From IMG/VR virus record IMGVR_UViG_3300034105_002260: 64,000 nucleotides of DNA. One strand, written 5' to 3'. A program made the position numbers and the translations under genes. The notes under the pieces were generated by a model that did no database searches, was not told the origin of the DNA, and saw nothing but the letters and a program-made list of their open reading frames with translations. This DNA comes from a virus. Shown in pieces: positions 18,011-26,521 of the stretch; position 1 is the stretch's first letter, and each line of letters opens with the position of its first letter.

Positions 18011-19744
18011 ATCTTTACTAAACGATTCGGAATATTCTCCATCTCCCATTACTTGGTCAATAATATTTTTCTTCTTTTGTAAGATATTATAGATAATTTT
18101 TTCAACGGTGTTCTCAAATACAGGATAGTATACGAGAACACTATTTTTTTGTCCATATCTATAAGCCCTATCTTCTCCTTGAGAGTGGTCTGCAGGAACA
18201 AATGATAAGTCATTCATAATAACAACCTCAGCGGCGGTTAATGTAATACCAACACCCGCAGCTTTAATGTTACCAATAAACACTTTTATTTTATCATCAG
18301 TTTGAAACCTATCAACGTTCTCTTGTCTCTTATCTTTATTCATACGACCATCAAGAGTAACGGAGTTCTTTTTATATTTCTCGTGAATCATATCAAGACT
18401 CATTGTAAAGTTTGTAAAAACGATTACCTTCTTACCTTGTTCTAAACACTTATCAATTAGTTCACAAGTATAAGGAATTTTTTCATACGCAATGAGTTGT
18501 CTAATCTTCATCAAACGATTAAGTGTTACACTTATAGTTTCGTTATCCTTTTTGTCGGTACTAATACGTGTAAACTCTTCTAATTCCTCATCATACATCT
18601 TGCTTGTCAATTCAACAAACACTGGTGTTACAATTTTTTCAGGTAAATCAAGAATATCTGTTTTCATTCTACGTAAAACAAGATTTTTCGTTCGTTCACG
18701 AAGTTCATCTAAATTAGATGCTCCACTTGTGTTCCACACTCTACGATTACCAACGTTGAATTGATATCCTTTACAGTATCTACGAACATATGATTGCCAA
18801 TTTAATGTTAATGGTGATTCAACAATCTTTAATAGATTAAAATAGTTAATAGGTCTTGAGGTCATTGGCGTTCCTGTTAATAACCATACTTTGGGTATAG
18901 TTTCAAGAACATCATTTAATAGTCGAGTTCTATTTGCGGTAGCGTTAGAGATATAATGTGCTTCATCTACGATTGCCAAGTCAAAATTGGCATTAACCAA
19001 TAATTTATAATCGTCACTATCCTCACTCTTGTCTGTGGTGTGGTAGTTCTTAATAATATCATAATTAATAATATAGTAGTCATACGTTGATCCCCATTTA
19101 CGTCCTTCGACAATTAAAACTTTTCTATTTGAATAGTTTCTTATTTCCCTCTCCCAATTTATTTTTAAAGATGCGGGACACACTATAAGTATTTTTCTTG
19201 CTTTACTTTCTAACGACGCGATTACTGCGGATGTTGTTTTACCAAGACCCATATCATCCGCCAATATGAATTTGTTATTTGCTAATAACTTTTCAACTGC
19301 AATTTTTTGGTGATCCATTGGAGGTCTTGAGTCGTACTTGCTATAATCAATCACCCTATCCAATTTTTTCTCTTCTTGAACCACGGCAGCCTTTGGTAAC
19401 CAAAAGGATGACATTTGTTCGTGATTCAGAATTTTACCCCAAATGTGAAACGCCTTATCTGATTCACATAATAATTTCTCACACCAAATTGATTCGGGTG
19501 CGGTTGTTAATAGTTTATCTTCTTGTAGTTTTTCACCAAAAGTTGAAACGATATTAATATATTTTCTTGCAACCTTTGGAGTTGTTTCTTTATATTTTAT
19601 AACATATTCAGCCTGAGGTCTTGTTAATTTAAAATTTTTAACGTCCTTAAATTTACGTTTCCATTCCAATAGTTGGTTGTTCGAACCATCATAAGACGAT
19701 AAAACATTTCTAGCCTCTATCTCAGGAATATTAATACTTTCCAT
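17990..19744 (-). CDS. SNF2-family (SMARCAL1/HARP-like) helicase
   Basis: ILADDMGLGKT, DEAH, LTGTP, GVGITLT, QGEDRAYRYGQ; start taken at 19744. Confidence 0.92.
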   Translation of the reverse strand: MESINIPEIEARNVLSSYDGSNNQLLEWKRKFKDVKNFKLTRPQAEYVIKYKETTPKVARKYINIVSTFGEKLQEDKLLTTAPESIWCEKLLCESDKAFHIWGKILNHEQMSSFWLPKAAVVQEEKKLDRVIDYSKYDSRPPMDHQKIAVEKLLANNKFILADDMGLGKTTSAVIASLESKARKILIVCPASLKINWEREIRNYSNRKVLIVEGRKWGSTYDYYIINYDIIKNYHTTDKSEDSDDYKLLVNANFDLAIVDEAHYISNATANRTRLLNDVLETIPKVWLLTGTPMTSRPINYFNLLKIVESPLTLNWQSYVRRYCKGYQFNVGNRRVWNTSGASNLDELRERTKNLVLRRMKTDILDLPEKIVTPVFVELTSKMYDEELEEFTRISTDKKDNETISVTLNRLMKIRQLIAYEKIPYTCELIDKCLEQGKKVIVFTNFTMSLDMIHEKYKKNSVTLDGRMNKDKRQENVDRFQTDDKIKVFIGNIKAAGVGITLTAAEVVIMNDLSFVPADHSQGEDRAYRYGQKNSVLVYYPVFENTVEKIIYNILQKKKNIIDQVMGDGEYSESFSKDLLKHLF

Positions 19745-19797
19745 ATATTGTAGAATATACATAAATAGAATGGAAGATTAAACTATTTATAGAGGAT

Positions 19798-20310
19798 ATG
19801 GATAATAAACTACCAATTACAAGATTAGGAAAATTCTTCTCAAAAGATGATTTTGACATCAATATTCAAATGGGTCAAGAGTATCTTCACGGAGATTTGA
19901 ATATGAAATTAGTACTTTATCGTGTAGATAGAGCAAACACAGACATTGATTCGGTTTACGCTGAAGTGGGTAAGGACGAAATAAAATATTTTCCCCCTGT
20001 TGAGTTTAATGCTTTAGTCAAAATTGACGAACCAAAAAATAACTCATACAAAACAGGGTTAATAAGATACGCCGAACCTGGTAATTTAACATTATCGGTT
20101 TATATCAGTCATTTGGAGGAATTAAAGATAGATATAAGATATGGTGATTATGTTGGTTATGCGGATTCTGAAGAGAAAATAAGATTCTACACTGTCACAA
20201 ATGACGGTAAGGTTACTTCGGACAATAAACATAAAATGTTTGGTTACAAACCACATTATAGAACAATAACTTGTGTTCCGGCACAGGAAGTAGAATTTAG
20301 AGGAGTATAA
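19798..20310 (+). CDS. Head-closure/neck protein (gp14-like)
   Basis: Size, position before the tail terminator, late motif at 19784-19791. Confidence 0.55.
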   Translation: MDNKLPITRLGKFFSKDDFDINIQMGQEYLHGDLNMKLVLYRVDRANTDIDSVYAEVGKDEIKYFPPVEFNALVKIDEPKNNSYKTGLIRYAEPGNLTLSVYISHLEELKIDIRYGDYVGYADSEEKIRFYTVTNDGKVTSDNKHKMFGYKPHYRTITCVPAQEVEFRGV

Positions 20311-20311
20311 A

Positions 20312-21565
20312 ATGGGAATACCTAAAAGAAAAAACAATATTGATGTTTATGGAGGTAAAGAAATTTACCAAGGTAAACAGGTTATGGATAGAAGACAAGA
20401 GTTATTAGATAGAATAACCAAGTCTGATTCATATATGCCCGATTCAATATTACACGATGATTTGGATGGTGGAATGTTAGATTTCATAAAGACCCATTTC
20501 AAAGTGGTATCGGATGGTTCGGCCATCCCAATTATACCAAAAATATTAACAATCCAAAGATGGGGTGAATTTACAAATAATTGGCAGTTCTCAGATGATG
20601 ATGGTAATATGAAGTTACCGTTTATTGCAGTTATTAGAAAACCAGACGTTCAACCAGGAACAAACCCATCAATTCAAAGAACAATACCTGATAGACAATC
20701 TTTCCATTATGCAACGGTTCCAACTTGGAACGGGTCTCAAATGGGTGCGGATGTATATAAGATGCCTCAACCTGTGGCAATCGACATTAGTTTTGAGGTT
20801 ACAATAGTTTGTACAAAATTTAGAGACTTAAATCGTTTTAATAAGATTGTTCTACAAAAATTCTCAGCTAGACAATCATATACAACCGTAAAAGGTCATT
20901 ATATACCCATTGTACTCGATTCTATCGATGATAATACTCCGATGGACTCAGTTGATGGTCGTAGATTCTACATCCAAAATTATAAGTTCACAATGTTAGG
21001 GTTCCTTATTGATAGTGAGGAGTTTGAGGTTAAACCCGCAGTGAGTAGAATGTTCCTTATGAATGAATTCATCCAATCAAAAGGGTATCAGAAGAAATAC
21101 ATTAACAAAACAATTGATATAACCGTTGCAACATTTACCGCTGATGGTATGCAGACTGCATTTAGTGTTGGTGAAAGTATTGGTATGTTGTTTAATGTTA
21201 CAATTAACGGTCTTCTTCAGGAAAGAGATGTTGACTATTTCCATATTCCAGGAACATCTAAAATTACTTTCGTAAGTCCTCCACTAGAAGGGTCAAGTGT
21301 GACTGTTACATATTATAAGGGTAGAAATAGTGTATTCATTGATTCGTACGGTAAACCAATTCAAGTTACCACCGAATATTTTACTTACAATGGAACAACC
21401 ATATCGTTTACAGTACAAAATACTATTGATAGTGTTGTGACTTTAGATATCAACGGTCTTGTTGAAGATGAGGGTGTTGGTTTTGAAATTACAGAATCGA
21501 ACGAAATTACATTACAGGGAACACCAGTATTAGGGTCAGTAATTGGTATTACTTATTTGTATTAA
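20312..21565 (+). CDS. Tail terminator (gp15-like) with C-terminal beta-rich extensions
   Basis: LPFIAV, PQPVAIDISFEVTI, FTMLGFL motifs; two repeated DG..T.F beta domains. Confidence 0.65.
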   Translation: MGIPKRKNNIDVYGGKEIYQGKQVMDRRQELLDRITKSDSYMPDSILHDDLDGGMLDFIKTHFKVVSDGSAIPIIPKILTIQRWGEFTNNWQFSDDDGNMKLPFIAVIRKPDVQPGTNPSIQRTIPDRQSFHYATVPTWNGSQMGADVYKMPQPVAIDISFEVTIVCTKFRDLNRFNKIVLQKFSARQSYTTVKGHYIPIVLDSIDDNTPMDSVDGRRFYIQNYKFTMLGFLIDSEEFEVKPAVSRMFLMNEFIQSKGYQKKYINKTIDITVATFTADGMQTAFSVGESIGMLFNVTINGLLQERDVDYFHIPGTSKITFVSPPLEGSSVTVTYYKGRNSVFIDSYGKPIQVTTEYFTYNGTTISFTVQNTIDSVVTLDINGLVEDEGVGFEITESNEITLQGTPVLGSVIGITYLY

Positions 21566-21720
21566 TCGTCACCATAGATATCTTTCTTTTTCGGTTTACA
21601 ATAATCCTCAATCCATTTTTCTAACACTTTATAGATTTTAAGACCATTCTTATCACAATAAGTTTTTAACATTTCGTGGTGTTTATCACCTATTTTAACG
21701 TTTTTCTGAGTGTTTTCCAT
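21562..21720 (-). CDS. Small ribbon-helix-helix DNA-binding protein (52 aa; not in ORF track)
   Basis: MENTQKNVKIGDKHHEMLKTYCDKNGLKIYKVLEKWIEDYCKPKKKDIYGDD: beta-strand KNVKI, helix, G, helix. Confidence 0.75.
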   Translation of the reverse strand: MENTQKNVKIGDKHHEMLKTYCDKNGLKIYKVLEKWIEDYCKPKKKDIYGDD

Positions 21721-21725
21721 AGTAT

Positions 21726-21803
21726 AAGATATTAAAAGATATATTAAGATAAATAACTATCTTTTTAAAGAAAGTACGGAAATCTTTGCTAAAAACAAAG
21801 ATA
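21726..21803. repeat. Phased AAGATA direct repeats (candidate RHH operator)
   Basis: AAGATA at 21726, 21736 and 21746; inverted copy at 21758; another copy at 21798. Confidence 0.6.
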
Positions 21804-21809
21804 TTTATA
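21802..21809 (+). promoter_or_regulatory. Late-promoter motif TATTTATA for the tail sheath
   Basis: Same motif precedes most virion genes. Confidence 0.7.
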
Positions 21810-21845
21810 GAATAAGTAATAAAAATATTAACCAAACATTAATCG

Positions 21846-24686
21846 ATGGCAAATTCAAACAGAGTATTTGTTTCTCCAGGTGTCTACACATCAGAGAAAG
21901 ATCTAACATTCGTAGCTCAAAGCGTCGGGGTAACAACTCTTGGTTTAGTCGGTGAAACCTTAAAGGGTCCAGCCTTCGAACCAGTTCTAATAAGTAGTTT
22001 CGACGAATTCAAAACATATTTTGGACCAACTTCACCTTCAAAAGACGGTGTTGGTAACCCGAAATATGAATTACCGTATGTAGCTAAGTCGTACTTGCAA
22101 GAGTCAAACCAATTATTCGTAACAAGAGTATTGGGTCTTACAGGATACAAACCTTTCAAAACATTCGGTATTAAGACATTAGGTGGTATCACAGTAAATA
22201 AGAGTCAAACTCCTACTTCTACTGGGTTCACATTAACTCCAACCGTAACAGGTATTACAGGAAGTACAGTTTATACTGAACTTTCCACTAAAACATCTGT
22301 GGATGGTACAACAATAACAAGTTATATCACAGATAATTTCGCTGGATTTGGTACAGGACAAACAGGACAATGGTTTGTTATCGGTCTTGTTCCAAGTTCA
22401 AGTGTTTCTGGATTAAGTGGTACTGAGGTTTCTTCTCCATTAAATGGTACAAATAGAGCCAATTCATATAACAATAAAGAATGGTTCAACGTATTTTACA
22501 ACGATGGAGCAACTATAAACAGTGTTTATTCATATCTTTTTGTTTGGAATGGTACAGCTTTTACTGGAACTAAATTTATATGGACAGCAACTTTAAATAC
22601 TGACTATGATAATATAGTAGTGGCCGCTTTAAGGTCAAGAGGTAAATACGTTGGTCAAACATTAACACACGAAGTAACAGCAAACACTGGTGTTACAATT
22701 TCAAGTGTTGGTACCTTGGCTAAAAATGTATTCTCAGAATTTACAATAACAACCGCAGGATTAAATAGTGGAACTAAATCATTCACTTGTTCATTAGATA
22801 CAACATCTTCAAAATACATTACAAAAGTATTAGGAAGTGACGTGTTTGATAAATCAACTGAAGATTACGCGGTTTATGTTCACGAGGTATATCCAAAATT
22901 ATTAAAACACGCTTACGAGAAAGGATTAGTAAGAGGTGTTAGTTCAACAATCGATTATAATCTTGACGGAACGAATTTCTTACATCAATGGGATACCACA
23001 ATTTCTCCAATGGTTGTATCTGAGGTTCGTGGTGGTAAAGTTACGGATTTATTCCAAGTTCAGACAATTTCTGACGGTGAAGCCGCTAACTTCCAAGTTA
23101 AAATAATGATTCAAAACATTAACATTGATTCTGGTGAGTTTGATTTAATCGTAAGAGATTTTAACGATACTGATGACAATATGGTAGTAATTGAAAAATT
23201 CACAAGATGTTCAATGAATCCAGATTTACCAGGTTACGTCGCAAGAAAAATAGGTACTTCTGATGGTGAGTTTGAATTACGTTCAAAATACATTATGTTA
23301 GTTATGGACGCAAATCACCCAACAGATGCTTTCCCTGCAGGTTTCAAAGGTTTCTTAACTGACAACGCGTTCTCAGGGTCAACTTTGGGAAGTACAATTT
23401 ATAAAACTGATTATCTTGCAGCTGGAGACGTAATTTATTACGAATCAGATGGTACACCAGTATTGTCTAACGGAGATAAAGTAAGAAAAGTATCTTTAGG
23501 TCTTTCTTCTCAAGTTGGTTTCGATAAAGATTTGTTTAAATTCAAAGGAGCGGACGCAAGTGGTGAGTCTTTTGGATTCCACTTATCTTCAAACGCGGCT
23601 GCGATAACTGGGACATCATTTAAATGTACTCCATATGATTTAGAAGGTACAGATAAAGGATTGTTAGAAACTAGTGCATATCGTAAATTTACATTCGCGG
23701 TATATGGTGGTAGAGATGGTTGGGATATCTATAGAGATGTTAGAACTAACGGAGACGCTTACATTTTTGGTAAAAGTACATATGTAAGTGGTTATACTAC
23801 TAATAGTGGTGTATTCAGTAATACAGTAGGAAACTCTGATTATTACGCTTACTTAGATGGTATTAATACCTTCTCAAACCCTGAAGCTGTGGATATTAAC
23901 GTATTTGCGACTCCAGGTATTAACTTCTCAGATCACAGTTCTTTAACTACTCAAGCAATTGATATGGTTGAAAACGAAAGAGCGGATTCTCTATATATTA
24001 TTGGAGCTCCGAACAACCCAACAACAGAAGGTGTTATTGGTGATCTTGATACAGTTTCTTTAGATACAAACTACTCAGCAACATATTGGCCTTGGATTCA
24101 AGTAAGAGATACAGATAATGCAACTCAATTATACATCCCACCAACAGGTGAGGTTGTTAAGAACATTGCTTTAACTGATAATGTGTCTTACCCTTGGTTC
24201 GCAGTCGCTGGTTATTCAAGAGGTTTAGTAAATGCAATCAAAGCATCTAAGAAATTAACTTTAGATGAGAGAGATGACCTATATGCTAACAGAATTAACC
24301 CAATTGCGACATTCTCTGATACTGGTACTATAATTTGGGGTAACAAAACTCTTCAAGTTAGAGAATCAGCTTTAGATAGAATCAACGTAAGAAGATTACT
24401 ATTAAGAGCAAGAAAATTAATATCTGCCGTAGCGGTTAGATTATTGTTCGAGCAAAACGATGAACAAGTTAGAAACGAATTCTTAAGATTGGTTAACCCA
24501 ATTCTTGAGTCAATTAAAAAGGAAAGAGGTTTATATGAATTCCGTGTAACGGTTTCAAATGACCCAGAGGATATCGATGCTAACACATTGAGAGGTAAGA
24601 TTTACGTTAAACCTACTCGTTCTCTTGAATTTATTGATTTAGAATTCATAATTACCCCAACAGGGGCTTCATTTGAGAATATCTAA
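21846..24686 (+). CDS. Contractile tail sheath protein
   Basis: VSPGVYTSEKD, GPAFEP, PWFAVAGYSRG, RINPIATF, WGNKTL, RINVRRLL, KPTRSLEFI. Confidence 0.97.
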   Translation: MANSNRVFVSPGVYTSEKDLTFVAQSVGVTTLGLVGETLKGPAFEPVLISSFDEFKTYFGPTSPSKDGVGNPKYELPYVAKSYLQESNQLFVTRVLGLTGYKPFKTFGIKTLGGITVNKSQTPTSTGFTLTPTVTGITGSTVYTELSTKTSVDGTTITSYITDNFAGFGTGQTGQWFVIGLVPSSSVSGLSGTEVSSPLNGTNRANSYNNKEWFNVFYNDGATINSVYSYLFVWNGTAFTGTKFIWTATLNTDYDNIVVAALRSRGKYVGQTLTHEVTANTGVTISSVGTLAKNVFSEFTITTAGLNSGTKSFTCSLDTTSSKYITKVLGSDVFDKSTEDYAVYVHEVYPKLLKHAYEKGLVRGVSSTIDYNLDGTNFLHQWDTTISPMVVSEVRGGKVTDLFQVQTISDGEAANFQVKIMIQNINIDSGEFDLIVRDFNDTDDNMVVIEKFTRCSMNPDLPGYVARKIGTSDGEFELRSKYIMLVMDANHPTDAFPAGFKGFLTDNAFSGSTLGSTIYKTDYLAAGDVIYYESDGTPVLSNGDKVRKVSLGLSSQVGFDKDLFKFKGADASGESFGFHLSSNAAAITGTSFKCTPYDLEGTDKGLLETSAYRKFTFAVYGGRDGWDIYRDVRTNGDAYIFGKSTYVSGYTTNSGVFSNTVGNSDYYAYLDGINTFSNPEAVDINVFATPGINFSDHSSLTTQAIDMVENERADSLYIIGAPNNPTTEGVIGDLDTVSLDTNYSATYWPWIQVRDTDNATQLYIPPTGEVVKNIALTDNVSYPWFAVAGYSRGLVNAIKASKKLTLDERDDLYANRINPIATFSDTGTIIWGNKTLQVRESALDRINVRRLLLRARKLISAVAVRLLFEQNDEQVRNEFLRLVNPILESIKKERGLYEFRVTVSNDPEDIDANTLRGKIYVKPTRSLEFIDLEFIITPTGASFENI

Positions 24687-24705
24687 TCTAAAAGGAGATA
24701 TAAAC

Positions 24706-24738
24706 AGAAAGGGGTTCCATTTACGGGACCCCTTTTCT
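24706..24738 (+). terminator. Intrinsic terminator after the sheath gene
   Basis: agaaaggggttcc-attta-cgggaccccttttct hairpin. Confidence 0.75.
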
Positions 24739-24752
24739 ATTAAAAATGTATA

Positions 24753-24768
24753 TGTTCCACAAGGAACC
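24753..24768. other. parS-like palindrome TGTTCCACAAGGAACC
   Basis: 13/16 match to TGTTCCACGTGGAACA. Confidence 0.4.
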
Positions 24769-25021
24769 ATTTTTTATAATAATTATACTTTTTTGCTTAT
24801 ATTAGTACTGTGGAAGTGTATATTCTAGTATTTATTAATAATATTTTAATTATTTTATTAATTAAGTAATTTATTCTAGAGCTTTTTATAGTGGTATTGT
24901 AAAAAACTACGAAAAATAATTGACATAATCAAGCCCAAGACAATAATAAACCAAAAAAAGATTATTTTCCATTTGGCTTATATTTATATGAAAGATAAAC
25001 TAAAAACTTAACAAATACAAA

Positions 25022-25510
25022 ATGGCAGATTTACTAATGAAAATGCCGGTTCCTTACGAACCGAAAAGAGTTAACCGATTCATTGTTAGATTCCCTTCAT
25101 CATTGGGTATCAACGAATGGTATGTTACTTCAGCTAAAAGACCTAGTGCTAAAATTAACTCGGTTGAGATTCCTTTCTTAAACACTTCAACTTACGTTGC
25201 AGGTAGATTTACTTGGGAAGCTCTTCAAGTTACATTTAAAGACCCAATTGGTCCTTCAGCATCACAAGCTTTAATGGAATGGTTCCGTTTACACGCAGAA
25301 TCAGTAACAGGTAGAATGGGATATGCTGCTGGATATAAAAAAGACATTGAATTGGAAATGTTAGACCCAACAGGAGTTGTGGTTGAAAAATGGATTCTTC
25401 AAGGTACATTCATCACCGACTTAAACTTTGGTGATTTGGATTACAACAACGATGCAATCGCAACTATCCAATGTACATTGAGAATGGATAGATGTATTCA
25501 AGTATACTAA
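25022..25510 (+). CDS. Tail tube protein (gp19-like)
   Basis: EPKRVNRF, YVAGRFTW, YKKDIELEMLDPTGVVVEKW; follows the sheath gene; late motif at 24981-24988. Confidence 0.93.
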   Translation: MADLLMKMPVPYEPKRVNRFIVRFPSSLGINEWYVTSAKRPSAKINSVEIPFLNTSTYVAGRFTWEALQVTFKDPIGPSASQALMEWFRLHAESVTGRMGYAAGYKKDIELEMLDPTGVVVEKWILQGTFITDLNFGDLDYNNDAIATIQCTLRMDRCIQVY

Positions 25511-25533
25511 TACCATTTTCTACATAATATTAT

Positions 25534-25582
25534 TAAACCAACAACCGAATTAGTAAATCTGTCTAATGGGTTGTTGGTTTTT
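25534..25582 (+). terminator. Intrinsic terminator after the tube gene
   Basis: aaaccaacaacc...gggttgttggtttttt. Confidence 0.75.
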
Positions 25583-25628
25583 TATTTTAAATCTTTACTT
25601 TCACATAGTTATTAAGTAAATTAACACT

Positions 25629-26378
25629 ATGGAACAATTTGCAATAGACCCAACAATCGCATATGATGTAGTTGAACTTCCTTCTAAAGGTATTCATTAC
25701 ACAAACAAGAAAAAATCGGTTCGAGTGGCTTACTTAACCGCTACCGATGAGAATATTTTATCCGCTCAAAACTTACTTAAAACCAATACAGTTATTGAGG
25801 AGTTATTGAAAAGAAAAATATTAGATAAAGACCTACCAATAGACGAACTATCAGATGAAGATAGAAGTGCAATTCTTATATTTTTAAGAAACACATCTTT
25901 TGGTCCAGAATACACATTTTATTTACGAGATCCGAAAAATGATGAAGAATTCACTGCAGTAGTGGATTTAAGTGAAATAACATTTAAAGACTTCACATTG
26001 GCTCCAGATGAAATGGGAGAATTTAAATTCCATTTCCCAAAATCAAATGTCGACATTACTTTTAAATTTTTAACTAAAAAACAACTTAAAGAAATTGAAA
26101 AAATTGAAGAGAGTTGGAACGGTATTGGTGTTGCACCGATTGTTACCAAACAGTTAGAAATGATGATTAAATCCATCGCTGGTAATAGAGACCTGATGAA
26201 CATCCACAATTTTGTTGAACAGATGCCAATCAAAGATTCTCAAGACTTCAGAAAATTCGTAAAAGAACATAAACCAAATTTAGATTTAGTAAAATCAGTA
26301 ACCGCCCCGTCAGGAGAACTTGTCAATGTAGAAATTGGCTTTGGGGTGGAGTTTTTTCGCCCTTTCTACGGAGTATAA
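25629..26378 (+). CDS. Tail assembly chaperone / T4 gp26-like hub assembly protein
   Basis: VELPSKG, LTATDENIL, ends EFFRP; lies between tube and tape measure. Confidence 0.8.
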   Translation: MEQFAIDPTIAYDVVELPSKGIHYTNKKKSVRVAYLTATDENILSAQNLLKTNTVIEELLKRKILDKDLPIDELSDEDRSAILIFLRNTSFGPEYTFYLRDPKNDEEFTAVVDLSEITFKDFTLAPDEMGEFKFHFPKSNVDITFKFLTKKQLKEIEKIEESWNGIGVAPIVTKQLEMMIKSIAGNRDLMNIHNFVEQMPIKDSQDFRKFVKEHKPNLDLVKSVTAPSGELVNVEIGFGVEFFRPFYGV

Positions 26379-26508
26379 GAAGGGACAATTAGACGAGATT
26401 TTATTCTTGGTTAAAAGAGGGTTTTCCTATGGGGATGTTATGTCTATGCCAATATACATAAGGAGGTACTATATCAATTATTTAATTGAATTAGAAACCA
26501 CAACTTAA
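26356..26508 (+). CDS. +1-frame extension of the chaperone (gp51/GT-like), reached by frameshift
   Basis: FALSTEYKKGQLDEILFLVKRGFSYGDVMSMPIYIRRYYINYLIELETTT*; no early ATG; begins at GAG TTT TTT CGC. Confidence 0.7.
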   Translation, partial: FALSTEYKKGQLDEILFLVKRGFSYGDVMSMPIYIRRYYINYLIELETTT

Positions 26509-26521
26509 TCTATTTATATGT

